Of a stretch of 64,000 nucleotides of DNA, positions 18,851 to 28,822 are shown piece after piece; position 1 is the stretch's first letter, and every line of letters begins with the position of its first letter. A program made the translations under genes and the position numbers. Under the pieces are notes generated by a model. That model ran no database searches, was not told where the DNA came from, and saw nothing but the letters and a program-made list of their open reading frames with translations. This DNA comes from Saprospira grandis str. Lewin (GTDB taxonomy: Bacteria; Bacteroidota; Bacteroidia; Chitinophagales; Saprospiraceae), in the NCBI RefSeq assembly GCF_000250635.1, contig NC_016940.1:1288995-1352994 (forward strand), in the 5' to 3' direction.

Positions 18851-18985
18851 TTTTTGGGGCTGCCCCTCCCTGCGGTCGGGTCGGGCTGTGTCAGGGCTCG
18901 CAGGTCTGCTCGGCCCTGCGCAAAAATGCTTCGCATTTTGCTGGGTCTGCGGCTTCGCCGCCCCCTTTTCCATCCCTCAGCCGGC
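18851..18985 (+). repeat. GC-rich interspersed repeat, copy 8 (forward)
   Basis: The sequence ttttttggggctgcccctccctgcggtcgggtcgggctgtgtcagggctcgcaggtctgctcggccctgcgc...ccatccctcagcc matches the family. Confidence 0.9.
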
Positions 18986-19062
18986 GGCCCTTTGGGCCTA
19001 CTAGACCTAAAAAGGCCCAAAACCTTAGGGTTTTGGGCCTTTGGGGCCAGAAAGCATTCTCT

Positions 19063-19541
19063 TTATTCTTCTTTGAGGCTAAAGCTCCCCATGAAGGCCT
19101 CTATTTCTTTTGGGCCAACTTCTTGGGGTTGTTTGTTCACAATCAGCAATTGATAGACCTTATCCTCTTTACGGTAGAGCTCATAAACAGCGGCAGCATC
19201 AAAGCCGAGCAGGGTATATCGTTTAGACTTTTGGGGCCAGGGCCCTTCTTCTCTTTGGATGCTTAGGGGTTTTAGGCGGAGAGCGGCGCCTAGGAGCAGG
19301 GCTTCAAAAAGGCTATCGCTGCTTAGGGCTTGTTGTTCTTTGCTTAATTGCATACAAGCCGCCTGATACTCCCAGATAGAGTCGGGACTTTTATAGAAAT
19401 AGGCTTCTACATCCTTTTGCAGGATACTATCGGCGGGAGCGGGAAACTGCAGGCTATATTGGCCCCATTTGGAGTGGACCGTTTGGCCCTTTTGGCAGGC
19501 AAAGAGGCTAAGCAACAGGACCAAAAAGATAAAAATTCTCA
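19063..19541 (-). CDS. hypothetical lipoprotein
   Basis: Start chosen at MRIFIFLVLLLSLFACQ (lipobox). The track ORF extends upstream into the GC repeat and is not credible there. Confidence 0.55.
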
Positions 19542-19572
19542 TGATTGATTTTGGACCAAAAGTAAGCTTTTT

Positions 19573-19746
19573 TTTGGAGATTGGAGGCGGCGAAGCCGCC
19601 CCGGCCGCAGGCCGAATGGCCCAGCGCTGCGGAGGGGTGGCCGAAGGCCAGACCAAAGGCAGGCTTTGCCTGCCTGCAGGGCCGAACAGGCCTGTGAGCC
19701 CCGCAGCATAGCGGCGGCCGCCCCAAAATAAAGGGCGGCCGCGGGC
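19573..19746 (-). repeat. GC-rich interspersed repeat, copy 9
   Basis: The sequence ggaggcggcgaagccgcc...ggtggccgaaggccagacc...gggccgaacaggcctgtgagcccc...ccccaaaa abuts the stop of 19749..20621. Confidence 0.8.
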
Positions 19747-19748
19747 CC

Positions 19749-20621
19749 CTAAAAAATACTTTGATTCGTGAGTCGAAGGGCAGCACGGAGGGCATTCAGC
19801 ATATTTCCATGCGTTTGAATTTCTTGAATATCTAGGCCAATATCGACAATCGTTTGGGCCACATTGCCAGAAATGCCAGAGAGCATCGCTTGGCAGCCCA
19901 TCAGTTTGGCCGCCTTGCTCATCTTAATCAGGGCGTTGGCCACCTCGCTATCCATAACGGCGATACCGCGGATATCGAGAATAAACACCTTGGCGCTTTT
20001 TTCCGCAATTTCCTCGAGCATAGCGTGCATAACCTGTTGGGCGCGTTCGCTATCTAGAAAGCCCACCAAAGGCAGCAGCAGAATGCCCTCCCAAAGCGGG
20101 GTAATGGGCGTAGACATAGAAGAAAGCGTTTCCTCCTTTTCTCGGAGCAACTCATCTTTGGCCGAGCTATAGCCATCGGTGAGCGTAGAGATGGCGATGC
20201 CCGTAAACTTTCGGTAAGTTTTGAGCAGGCTCAGACTGAGCAGGCCATGTTCTTCGAGTAAATCCTGGACCTCTTGATGATAATAATTGAGGAAAGCCAG
20301 ATAGGCATCGAAGGGGATGCCCACGCTGGCGAAGACCTGTCCAAAAAAGCGTTGGCGTTCGATATACTCATCATCGGCTTGGCCAGAGAGCAAATCATCC
20401 CAAAAAATGTCCTCACTATCTCGGATTGCCTGCAAGACATCCTCGGTATAATAAGTTAGAAAGAAAGGGTGATTTTGCAGCCAATCGTAGAAGCGTTGAT
20501 AGAGTGCATCTTTTTGATCATAAATTTTTTGGCCTGCTTGGGCAAGTTCCTCTAGCTCTTCATCTTGGAGGAAAAAGAGTGCTTGATAGTAGGGCCAATT
20601 TTTTTCGTTAGGATCAATCAT
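19749..20621 (-). CDS. RsbR-like protein: N-terminal sensor (globin-like) domain + C-terminal STAS domain
   Basis: The C-terminus TPITPLWEGILLLPLVGFLDSERAQQVMHAMLEEI...VFILDIRGIAVMDSEVANALIKMSKAAKLMGCQAMLSGISGNVAQTIVDIG is a classic RsbR/RsbS-type STAS. About 170 aa of N-terminal helical domain precede it. Confidence 0.7.
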   Translation of the reverse strand: MIDPNEKNWPYYQALFFLQDEELEELAQAGQKIYDQKDALYQRFYDWLQNHPFFLTYYTEDVLQAIRDSEDIFWDDLLSGQADDEYIERQRFFGQVFASVGIPFDAYLAFLNYYHQEVQDLLEEHGLLSLSLLKTYRKFTGIAISTLTDGYSSAKDELLREKEETLSSMSTPITPLWEGILLLPLVGFLDSERAQQVMHAMLEEIAEKSAKVFILDIRGIAVMDSEVANALIKMSKAAKLMGCQAMLSGISGNVAQTIVDIGLDIQEIQTHGNMLNALRAALRLTNQSIF

Positions 20622-20627
20622 CTGTAC

Positions 20628-21611
20628 TTAATAGTTTTGGATATGCAAGAGGACCAGCGTTTGGTTGAGCAGCATATAGCCGACCTCTCCAAAGGTAAAG
20701 GGTCCTTCATAATTGCCTAGCTGTTCGCCATCTAATTTAAAGTTCAGATAATTCACGATACAGTTGCAGGCTGTAATTGCGGGGGAGTTAGGCATTTCTT
20801 TGCGGAAAGCCTGGGGGCTATAATCTACTGCTTGGGCCAAATGATAGACCTGGTCTACAGAAACGGGGGCATAAAAATAGACTGTATCTTCCTCTACTCG
20901 TTGGATAGTGGTGTTAATCAGGGCCCCAGAATAGTCTGAAATCAGGGGAAGGCTTCCGTCTATGCCCTTTGCCTTACAATAGTGCGCAAAATTTTGTTTT
21001 TCGCCATTGATCAGGGCTTCGGTAGCTTGAAAATCGGTAGATAAGAACTGAATATCGTCGCCTTTGCCTTCTTCGTAGGGGTTATAAATTTCGATTTCGG
21101 CATATTGGCTTTCGGGCAATTCGACATGCATGAGGACCGCCCGATTCTTCATTTTTTCTGCTTTTGGGCCATAATAGGCGGCGGGCAGATGGCTGGGGTC
21201 GGCCTCTAATTCTCGGCCAGTGATCCAGCCTAGAATAGGTTGGTCGTAGAGCGTATCATATTGGCCAATTTCTAGGGCATAAGCCTTATGCACCTCTGAA
21301 AAAGCGGGCAGTGCGATATAGCTAAAGCCATTTTCGGGCCGATCGGCCAGTAGTTGTTCCAGCTCTTGGGCCGAATAGCTTTTAATTTCGGCGTTTAGGG
21401 CCAGATCGCTCAGATTAGAGACAAAAAGGCGGTTAAGATCTTTTTGCGCCCCTTCTTTGCTCATGAAGTAGGGCGTAGTTCCGCCCAGCCATTGGCCAGC
21501 GGGCAGTTGGTCCAGCAAGCCTTGGCTGCCTGCAATCAGCAGCAATTGGCCGGATTCAATAAGTGCTTGAGTTTCTTTTAGGGAGAGCAATTGGTTTTGA
21601 AGCTTAGCCAT
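20628..21611 (-). CDS. FIST-like sensory domain protein (tandem paralog 1)
   Basis: A 327-aa soluble protein. The C-terminus FTFGEVGYMLLNQTLVLLHIQ resembles the FIST_C ending (xGEI...hNQT). The N-terminus LLLIAGSQ...WLGGTTPYFM resembles FIST_N. It is 6 bp upstream of the STAS gene. Confidence 0.5.
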   Translation of the reverse strand: MAKLQNQLLSLKETQALIESGQLLLIAGSQGLLDQLPAGQWLGGTTPYFMSKEGAQKDLNRLFVSNLSDLALNAEIKSYSAQELEQLLADRPENGFSYIALPAFSEVHKAYALEIGQYDTLYDQPILGWITGRELEADPSHLPAAYYGPKAEKMKNRAVLMHVELPESQYAEIEIYNPYEEGKGDDIQFLSTDFQATEALINGEKQNFAHYCKAKGIDGSLPLISDYSGALINTTIQRVEEDTVYFYAPVSVDQVYHLAQAVDYSPQAFRKEMPNSPAITACNCIVNYLNFKLDGEQLGNYEGPFTFGEVGYMLLNQTLVLLHIQNY

Positions 21612-21714
21612 ATCGTTCTGTTATTAAGTTAGGAAATGGCCCATTGTGTTTATTGTTTGGGATAAAGGTAAGAGCTAAGTTCATCAAAAAAATAGTGGGT
21701 TAGTGTAATCTTCT

Positions 21715-22692
21715 TTACTTATCCTGAATATAGAGGAGGACCAGCGTTTGGTTGAGTAAGAGGTAAGCAATTTCGCCAAAGGTAAATAGCCCGCCATAGT
21801 TAGCCAGACGCACTCCATTCAATTGGAAATTGAAATAGATAGAAATGCAATTAAAGGCTGTTTGGGCCTTTTCTTTAGGCATTTTATCTAAGAACGCATT
21901 AGGGCTATAAGTAATTTCCTTGGCCCAATAATAAACTTGGTCGGTAGATACTGGGCCATAAAAATAGACTCGATCCTCTTCAATTCGTTCAATATCAACA
22001 TTGACCAAGGCGCCAGAGTAATTAGCGAGCAGGGGGAGTTGGCCTTTAATCTCATTGGCTCGGCAATAGTGGGCAAAATTTTGTTTTTCGCCATTGATCA
22101 GGACCTCTGCGGCGGAGAAGTCATTTTCTAAGAACTGAATGCGGTCGCCTTGGCCTTGTTCGTAAGGGTTATAAATTTCGATTTCGGCATATTGGCTTTC
22201 GGGCAATTCAATATGCATCATGACGGCCTTATTGCTTAGGCAGCTAGCTGTTGGGCCATGATAAACGGCTGGAAACTGTTCATCCTCGGCCTCTAGGTCT
22301 TTTCCGGTGATCCAGCCTAAAATTGGAGAATCGTAGAGGCTTTCATATTGTCCAATTTCTACGGCATAGGCTTTATGCACCTCAGAAAAAACGGGCATAG
22401 CGATATAGCTAAAGCCATTTTTGGGCCGATCGGCCAGCATTTGCTCCAACTCTTGGGCCGAATAGCTTTTAATTTCGGCAGATTGGGCCAAATTGCTCAA
22501 TCGGCTGACAAAAAGATGCTGCAGATTTTTTTCTGCACCAGCTTCACTCATAAAGTACGGAATCGTTCCCCCTAGCCATTGACCAGCAGGCAACTGATCG
22601 AGTAATTCTTGGCTAGCGGCAATCAGCAAGAGTTCTCCTGCTTCAATGAGGCGGCGGGTTTCTTCTAAAGTTAATATTTGGTTGTTCGGCAT
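21715..22692 (-). CDS. FIST-like sensory domain protein (tandem paralog 2)
   Basis: About 60% identical to paralog 1 (LLLIAASQELLDQLPAGQWLGGTIPYFM...FTFGEIAYLLLNQTLVLLYIQ). Confidence 0.5.
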   Translation of the reverse strand: MPNNQILTLEETRRLIEAGELLLIAASQELLDQLPAGQWLGGTIPYFMSEAGAEKNLQHLFVSRLSNLAQSAEIKSYSAQELEQMLADRPKNGFSYIAMPVFSEVHKAYAVEIGQYESLYDSPILGWITGKDLEAEDEQFPAVYHGPTASCLSNKAVMMHIELPESQYAEIEIYNPYEQGQGDRIQFLENDFSAAEVLINGEKQNFAHYCRANEIKGQLPLLANYSGALVNVDIERIEEDRVYFYGPVSTDQVYYWAKEITYSPNAFLDKMPKEKAQTAFNCISIYFNFQLNGVRLANYGGLFTFGEIAYLLLNQTLVLLYIQDK

Positions 22693-22732
22693 GAGCCATT
22701 TTGTTAGCGGTTAAGATATGTATGGCCAACTA

Positions 22733-23713
22733 CTATTTTTTGATATCTAGAATGACCATCGTTTGGTTCAGGACCAGATAGGCGATTTCGCCAAAAGTGA
22801 AGGGGTAATGGTAGCCTTGAGTATAGTTTTCTTCTCCGCCCAATTGCATAAAGTTAGCTACACAATTGTAGGCGACTAAGGTCGTTTCGGTTTTTGGGGG
22901 CAGTTTAGCCTTAAAAGCCGCTTGTCGGTTTTCTATAGTTTTGGCAAAGCGGTAAATTTGGCTTTGAAAAACTGGAGAAGCAAAACTGACCGCCGTGGCG
23001 GCTTCTTCTGCCTGATAGATAGAGGTATTGAGTTGGGCGCCGCCAAAATCTCCGACCAAGGGGTATTCCATATCAATTTGATGTTCTTGGAGATAGCTCA
23101 AAAAGTTTTGTTTTTCGCCATCAATTAAACAATCCTCTACCTGATAGCCATCTTCTAGGAATTGGATTTTTGGCCCATCGTTTTGTTCATAGATATTCAC
23201 AATAGAGAGCTCCGCATATTGCTCTGCAGCAAGTTGGGCGTGTAGGGCCAAAAGTTGGTCCGTATAGACCGCTCCATCTTGGCCATTCACCACTAGTGGT
23301 TGAGCGACCTCGCCCCAAACAACACCTGTTACCCAACCTAGGGTAGGCACATCAAATAGCTTTGGGTTTTGGCTAATTTGCAAGGCATAATTGGTCTGTA
23401 CTTCCTGAAAAGCGGGCATCAGCAAATAGCTAAAGCCATTTTCTGGACGATCATCCAGCATTTGCTTCAATTCTTGAGCGCCATAGGCCTTAATGCTGAA
23501 ATCTTGAATTTCAGTAGTCAGATCTGTCACAAAAACCTGCTCTCGGTTCAAGGCACCGCCCTCTTCGGTCATAAAGTAGGGAATGCTGCCACCGACCCAG
23601 TTACCTTTGGGTAGGGTTTTCAAAATTGGTCCATCTGCGGCAACAATTAAGGTTCGGCCTTCTGTAATCCATTGGGCACAAATTTCGGGGGAAATCAGTT
23701 GGTTATTTTTCAT
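22733..23713 (-). CDS. FIST-like sensory domain protein (tandem paralog 3, most divergent)
   Basis: Same architecture (LIVAADGPILKTLPKGNWVGGSIPYFM...FTFGEIAYLVLNQTMVILDIKK). Confidence 0.5.
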   Translation of the reverse strand: MKNNQLISPEICAQWITEGRTLIVAADGPILKTLPKGNWVGGSIPYFMTEEGGALNREQVFVTDLTTEIQDFSIKAYGAQELKQMLDDRPENGFSYLLMPAFQEVQTNYALQISQNPKLFDVPTLGWVTGVVWGEVAQPLVVNGQDGAVYTDQLLALHAQLAAEQYAELSIVNIYEQNDGPKIQFLEDGYQVEDCLIDGEKQNFLSYLQEHQIDMEYPLVGDFGGAQLNTSIYQAEEAATAVSFASPVFQSQIYRFAKTIENRQAAFKAKLPPKTETTLVAYNCVANFMQLGGEENYTQGYHYPFTFGEIAYLVLNQTMVILDIKK

Positions 23714-23726
23714 GGGGAGGGGGGGC

Positions 23727-23948
23727 TTAATGTCTAAAAATAGCTTTTAGGTCGGCGGCATACATTTTTTCATTTTTGGCACAATAGGCCCAAAGCTGCT
23801 GTCTCGCTTCATTTAAGCTTAATTTTCCTTTGCGGAGCTGCACCTTAAGGCTATTCAGTTTTAGCTGTAGCGACAGGCTTTTTAACTTGGGCTTAATCCG
23901 CTCTTCTAAAAGGGCTGCCCATTCTTCTTCTTGAGGGTCTGCTAGCAT
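23727..23948 (-). CDS. hypothetical small protein (73 aa)
   Basis: The ORF is clean and 13 bp upstream of the FIST operon. No motif. Confidence 0.4.
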   Translation of the reverse strand: MLADPQEEEWAALLEERIKPKLKSLSLQLKLNSLKVQLRKGKLSLNEARQQLWAYCAKNEKMYAADLKAIFRH

Positions 23949-23983
23949 AAAATTTCTGATTTAGTGGTTTCTCTCTCAATTTA

Positions 23984-24018
23984 ATAAAAAAAGGCTTCTC
24001 AAGGAAGCCTTTTTTTAT
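23984..24018. terminator. bidirectional rho-independent terminator
   Basis: A7-aaggcttc-tcaag-gaagcctt-T7, located 3' of the minus-strand gene 24021..24737. Confidence 0.55.
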
Positions 24019-24020
24019 TC

Positions 24021-24737
24021 TTATTCTAGGGGCTCGCACTGCGGCCGCATTTTGTCAATTGTACTTTTTGCCAAATCATTGACGCCTTCTAGCTGGCCTT
24101 CTTCGGCTTTCCAAAAGGTGGCACAGGTCTTTAATGGACTGTCACAAAGCATTTTAGACTGTAGTTTTCCTGTACTATCTTGGGCATATAACCAGAGCTC
24201 ACAATGCTCATAATTTCCCAGATAAGTCCCTTTGGCTTTGGGCTGTCCATTCTGATAAAATTCTGCAAAGGGCCCATTTGCCTCATTATTGCGCATAATC
24301 ACCCATTCTTTGAGCTGCCCATTGGGGTAGTAGGTTTTCAGGCTATCATCCAAAACGCCCTCCTTATAATAGCCCGCCTGTTTCAATTGGCCATTGGGGT
24401 AATAATAGCTTAGAGGCCCATCTTCCTGCCCTTTTTCATTATACTGAAAACGGGCGGCCAGTTTCCCATTCGGATGATATTGTTTTTCTTCGCCAACACT
24501 TAGACCCGCCTTCATTTTGCGCTCCAAAAGCAAGATTTTTTTGCCCTCTTGTAGGCTATATTCTTTATAAACCCCTTCTTTTTGCTGCTTGATGGTATCA
24601 AATTGGTATTCCATCAATAAATCGGCCTGCTGTTCTGTTTTCCAGACTTTTGGCCCTTCATTTTTTTGAGTCTGCTCCTCGCCTTGGCAAGCCATAAAAA
24701 GCAGGATACTAGCTGCGGCTACAATTTTCTTCATCAT
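24021..24737 (-). CDS. MORN-repeat (YwqK-like) lipoprotein
   Basis: Signal peptide with lipobox (FMACQ). Repeated YYPNGQLK / YKEGVLDDSLKTYYPNGQLKEW / FYQNGQPKAKGTY units are MORN variant repeats. Confidence 0.7.
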   Translation of the reverse strand: MMKKIVAAASILLFMACQGEEQTQKNEGPKVWKTEQQADLLMEYQFDTIKQQKEGVYKEYSLQEGKKILLLERKMKAGLSVGEEKQYHPNGKLAARFQYNEKGQEDGPLSYYYPNGQLKQAGYYKEGVLDDSLKTYYPNGQLKEWVIMRNNEANGPFAEFYQNGQPKAKGTYLGNYEHCELWLYAQDSTGKLQSKMLCDSPLKTCATFWKAEEGQLEGVNDLAKSTIDKMRPQCEPLE

Positions 24738-24754
24738 ATGCTTTAAGATTTTTA

Positions 24755-24873
24755 TTTTTTGGGGCCTGCCGCCTTCGGCGGCCGGGCTGTGTCGTGGCTC
24801 GCAGGTCTGCTCGGCCCTGCGGCGCTAAAGCGCCTGGGTCTGGCCTTCGGCCACCACTATCCATCCCTAGGCC
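24755..24873 (+). repeat. GC-rich interspersed repeat, copy 10 (forward)
   Basis: The sequence ttttttggggcctgccgccttcggcggccgggctgtgtcgtggctcgcaggtctgctcggccctgcg...ccatccctaggcc matches the family. Confidence 0.85.
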
Positions 24874-25055
24874 AATTGACGCTTAGTTTATTGGGCTAAA
24901 ATAAGCAAGCTGCTTTTTCTAGAAAAGGACATTTCTGCAAAAAGTTACGTTCTTTAAAAATCGGGTGCTTGACAAAATAGTTGTATCTTTATACTCCCCC
25001 TCATTTTAGTACTCATTCAATTCACAAATTAGCTATTCCCCAACCCTTTTGTCCT

Positions 25056-25562
25056 ATGAAAATTTACAGTTTTTTTTGGGGCCTTTTGGCCCTTAGTCTT
25101 GTTTCTTGCCAGTCTACCCCAAAATCATCTACAAATGATGAGCTGGCCAGTTTTCCTGAAAAAGAATTTGTCAAAGTAGTAGCCTATGATTATGAAAGCA
25201 TGCAAGGCGACTATATTTTGAATGAAAACGGGGTGCGACACCCTTCTGTTAAGGCTGAAAAAGAACTCACGGAGGAGCAGCAAAAGCTTTTGCTCAGCAC
25301 TTTAAATAGTAAAAACAGTTATGGGGGTTCGGTCACTCGTTGTTTTTATCCTCGTTTGGGCTTTGTTTTCTACAATGCAGCCGATGAGCCTGTGGGCCAA
25401 GTGAGTATTTGTTTTCAGTGTAATCAGCAGGTGGCTGGGCCGCAGATTCCAGCACAGGAGGCCTTATTGGCCGAGGGCCAACCGATTGGTTATAGTCCAT
25501 TGGGCCGAGAGAAGTTGTTGGAGCTTTGCCAAAGTTTAGGCTTTAGCAACTGTAATGAATAA
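25056..25562 (+). CDS. hypothetical lipoprotein
   Basis: Start chosen at MKIYSFFWGLLALSLVSCQ. The track ORF starts at 24981. A terminator hairpin (ggccgttttcc...ggaaaacggcc plus T7) follows at 25581..25617. Confidence 0.55.
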   Translation: MKIYSFFWGLLALSLVSCQSTPKSSTNDELASFPEKEFVKVVAYDYESMQGDYILNENGVRHPSVKAEKELTEEQQKLLLSTLNSKNSYGGSVTRCFYPRLGFVFYNAADEPVGQVSICFQCNQQVAGPQIPAQEALLAEGQPIGYSPLGREKLLELCQSLGFSNCNE

Positions 25563-25638
25563 CGGAATTAAGAAAATAGAAAGGCCGTTTTCCTGAGTGG
25601 AAAACGGCCTTTTTTTGGTCCAATTTTCTGCGTTTTAC

Positions 25639-25795
25639 AGGCGGCAAAGCCGCCGCAAAGGAGCGCAGCGACGCGGCTGAGGGGCTGTAGCAGGGCCGCC
25701 GCAGGCGGCAGACCAAAGCGCTGAAAGCGCTGCAGGGCCGAGCAGACTTGCGAGCTGCGCAATGGCCCGACCCGTAGCGAAGGGGCAGCCCCAAA
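25639..25795 (-). repeat. GC-rich interspersed repeat, copy 11
   Basis: The sequence ggcggcaaagccgccgc...ggctgaggggctgtagcagggccgccgcaggcggcagacc...gggccgagcagacttgcgagctgcgcaatggcccgaccc...ggggcagccccaaaa ends 5 nt from the stop of 25801..27252. Confidence 0.9.
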
Positions 25796-25800
25796 ATAGC

Positions 25801-27252
25801 CTAATCTACTGGCGTAAGCAGTCCTTCATTATTGGTTTTGATGAGGCAAACCATGGCGTTGGTGGCCACATTCATGGTACCCGTCATGAGATAGCCCTTG
25901 AGTTCTCTGCGGGTGGTACCAGGCACCAACTCGCGGATAGGCATGACCGTTCCGGCTTGGTTACCGGCTAGGGCCTGGCTACCATTATTGACAGAAGCGC
26001 GGCCAAATTGGCGAATTTCGCCATCCCATTCTGGGGTAAGATTGGAGCCCACCTTAGCCATAACGAGTTCATCGCCAAAGTTGGCATCATCGTATTGGTA
26101 GACAGCACTGATGACAAAGCTCGGTTCACTTCCAGAGACATCGGAGGGAACCAAAGCGATACTTCCGGCTAGGAGATCCTCGCTAGTATTGCTAAAGCCG
26201 CCATTTGTTTTACCTAGATATCGGCGTTGAATTTCTCCTACGCCCTCATCGACTTGGAGGAGGAGAAGATCACCTTCATTCACTTCATTTCTAGTGGGGT
26301 CTCTATTTTCGACATGGCTGAGAATTGTAATTCTGGCATTTAGCGAATCGTAGCAAGAGCCGCCGGCCACCAAAAACATATCTTGGCCACCAAAACTTTG
26401 TTGAGAGACCTCGCTACCCGAAGAGGCGCGGAATCGGATCACGAGAATATCGGTAGTAAAATTGGGGTTAGTGGGTGTCCCGTTTTCCTCATCTCGTTTT
26501 TCGGCGGTAGCGGTGACTACATAAGCGCCATTGAGGACCTCCACAGAGGCGGCGCGGTCTTCACCGACAAATCCACGGACAGAGCGCCAGATGATATTGC
26601 CATCTAGGTCTAGGCGCATAAGGAGCACATCTGTTTTATCTAGGGCCTGATAATCTTGGTATTCGGGTTTACCGATATAGACATCGGTTGTTTCTCCGGC
26701 CAAGACAAAACCCCCATCGGGAAGTTCCTTAATATCATAGACAAAGTCCTTATAAATTTCTGAAGAGCCTAGGGTAGATCCATTGAGCAAGACTTTTTCC
26801 CAGACCACATTTCCTTCTAGGTCTAATTTATAGAGCACGATATAAGTGGCATCTAGGGTAGATTGGCCGCCTACCGTCACCACGGTAGTTCGGTTACCGG
26901 CTACGAGGTAGCCAGACTCATCGGAGAGGACCAGCACGCGGTGGCCGGTTTCTTCATAGCCGTTCCCTCCGTCGCCAAAGGTCTTGCTCCATTCCTCATT
27001 ACCCAGAGAATCTGTTTTAACGAGATAGAAGTCATTGTAGCTAGCAGAATTGACAAAAGCGTTAGAAGAGCCAAGGATAATAAAGCCCTTATCGGCTGTT
27101 TCCTTAACATCTTTTCCGATTTGGCTATTTACATGTCCGTAATACTTAACGAAAGCATCTTCTTGATTGGCGGGAGAGATATTCTCTTTTTTGCAAGCGC
27201 TAAGGCCCAGTAGCAGGAGCATACAGCTAGCGAAGAAATACTTATTGATCAT
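25801..27252 (-). CDS. beta-propeller-like lipoprotein (hypothetical)
   Basis: Lipobox LLGLSACKKE. Recurring ~45-aa units (G..LVKTDSLGNEEWSKTFG, LDLEGNVVWEKVL, LDLDGNIIWRSV) suggest a beta-propeller. Confidence 0.6.
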   Translation of the reverse strand: MINKYFFASCMLLLLGLSACKKENISPANQEDAFVKYYGHVNSQIGKDVKETADKGFIILGSSNAFVNSASYNDFYLVKTDSLGNEEWSKTFGDGGNGYEETGHRVLVLSDESGYLVAGNRTTVVTVGGQSTLDATYIVLYKLDLEGNVVWEKVLLNGSTLGSSEIYKDFVYDIKELPDGGFVLAGETTDVYIGKPEYQDYQALDKTDVLLMRLDLDGNIIWRSVRGFVGEDRAASVEVLNGAYVVTATAEKRDEENGTPTNPNFTTDILVIRFRASSGSEVSQQSFGGQDMFLVAGGSCYDSLNARITILSHVENRDPTRNEVNEGDLLLLQVDEGVGEIQRRYLGKTNGGFSNTSEDLLAGSIALVPSDVSGSEPSFVISAVYQYDDANFGDELVMAKVGSNLTPEWDGEIRQFGRASVNNGSQALAGNQAGTVMPIRELVPGTTRRELKGYLMTGTMNVATNAMVCLIKTNNEGLLTPVD

Positions 27253-27275
27253 AGTTTTCTAATTTAGGTGAAAAA

Positions 27276-28670
27276 TTAATTCCCTTTAATATCTGAGGCT
27301 TTATCTTTGATTTCGTCAATTACCTTAGAGCTAGCGCGACCACGGCGAACATCTTCAATGATACCGGGTTGATCTCTTTCGAGTTCGCGAACGAAGCTAT
27401 TGAGTTCTCGTTTTAGTTCGGAGTCTGTAGTTCGTTTAGCGTTTCGTTTTTCCTTCTTGATAATTTTATTGAGTCGGCGATTGATATAAACTTCGTTGTA
27501 CTGTCGTTTTTTTCTGGGTTTGTAGAAAGACTTTTCGAAGCCGATAGTTAGTGAATAATTATCCATACGAAAGTCATTATCTACATGTCCGTATTCGTAG
27601 AGCAATTCGGGATTGCTATAGCGATTTTCTCTATTGACGGAATTCATCAAAAAGCGGTTGTATCGGGCTTCGATAATAACGAAATCGTGTCCTAGGCGAA
27701 TTTTTGCGCCAGCGCCAGCGAGTAGAGAGACATTAAAGCCTTCTCTTAGGGAGAGGCGGTCGGCTTCTCCGGCTTGAGTTTCGGCAGAGAGGCCAGATCC
27801 GGCAATAACGAAGCTACGTTCGCCACCGACTACGGCTCCACCGCCATCAGATTCGCGGGTTGTATTTCTTTGGATATTAACCACACTAGCAGAGAGCAAG
27901 AAATTGGGTGCTCCACCGATATAAGCGTAAGGGATTACCTTTTTGTAGCGTTTGAAATAGTGTTCATAGCGTAGCATCAGGGGGATATCGATCCAGTACT
28001 GTCGTTCATCAAACTGCAGGCTAGAGTATTGCAGTGTATTTTGGGCGGGGTTTTGCAAGCCTGCCGAGAGGAACATAGTATCGATAGCGCGATAACTTCT
28101 GAGGGCAAAATTACCTTCTAGAGCGAGCGTAAAGTCTCTCCAGATAGGCATTTCTACACCGATAGCGCCAGAAAAGCCCAGTACAAATTGGTTATAATTT
28201 TCTGCTCGATAATTGTTGTTATCTACATTATAGGTTTCTAGCGTTTGCAGGCGAGTATTATTGGCGCCAATATTTCCATAAATAGAGATCAGAGGTTTAT
28301 GTCTATACGTTCTAGAGAGATAAATCAGGTCATAAGAATTATTGGGATTTAAAGAATCTGCCTCATAGAGGGGGTTAATTTTGAGGAGTTCTTCAAAGGA
28401 GCGGGTAGCATCATCTAGGTCATTACGGAAGAGGTAGCTTTCGGTCAGTAATTTATAGCCTTCTTCTCTTTTTGCTTTAACGGGAAAAGCTTTCTTATTC
28501 GCTAGGCAATCTCGGATCAGGTCGCCCACCTCTTCTAGCTGCCCTTCTTCATAGGCTCTTTTAGCCTCATCTAAATGGTCATTACAGAGGTCCTCGTCTA
28601 GTGATTGTGCAGATAAGACTTGAGGGCTGAGGGCTAGGGCGACAGCGGCCCAAAGCAATTTTAGTTTCAT
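27276..28670 (-). CDS. outer-membrane beta-barrel protein with N-terminal TPR-like segment (hypothetical)
   Basis: Start chosen at MKLKLLWAAVALALSPQVLSAQ; the track ORF runs to 28709. The middle has alternating amphipathic beta pattern rich in Y/G/N. The C-terminus is charged and coiled-coil. Confidence 0.55.
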   Translation of the reverse strand: MKLKLLWAAVALALSPQVLSAQSLDEDLCNDHLDEAKRAYEEGQLEEVGDLIRDCLANKKAFPVKAKREEGYKLLTESYLFRNDLDDATRSFEELLKINPLYEADSLNPNNSYDLIYLSRTYRHKPLISIYGNIGANNTRLQTLETYNVDNNNYRAENYNQFVLGFSGAIGVEMPIWRDFTLALEGNFALRSYRAIDTMFLSAGLQNPAQNTLQYSSLQFDERQYWIDIPLMLRYEHYFKRYKKVIPYAYIGGAPNFLLSASVVNIQRNTTRESDGGGAVVGGERSFVIAGSGLSAETQAGEADRLSLREGFNVSLLAGAGAKIRLGHDFVIIEARYNRFLMNSVNRENRYSNPELLYEYGHVDNDFRMDNYSLTIGFEKSFYKPRKKRQYNEVYINRRLNKIIKKEKRNAKRTTDSELKRELNSFVRELERDQPGIIEDVRRGRASSKVIDEIKDKASDIKGN

Positions 28671-28822
28671 AATAAAAAGCGAATTAGTAATTATTAAACT
28701 CGAACTCATTTTGGAGACGGCAAGCCTCTGGCTTGGCTAAGGAGAAGATAAAGCCTAAAAAAAGGGGAAAGCTAGCCCGGCTAGCCCTCCCCTGGCTCTA
28801 TCTTTAGAGGTATATTATTGTA

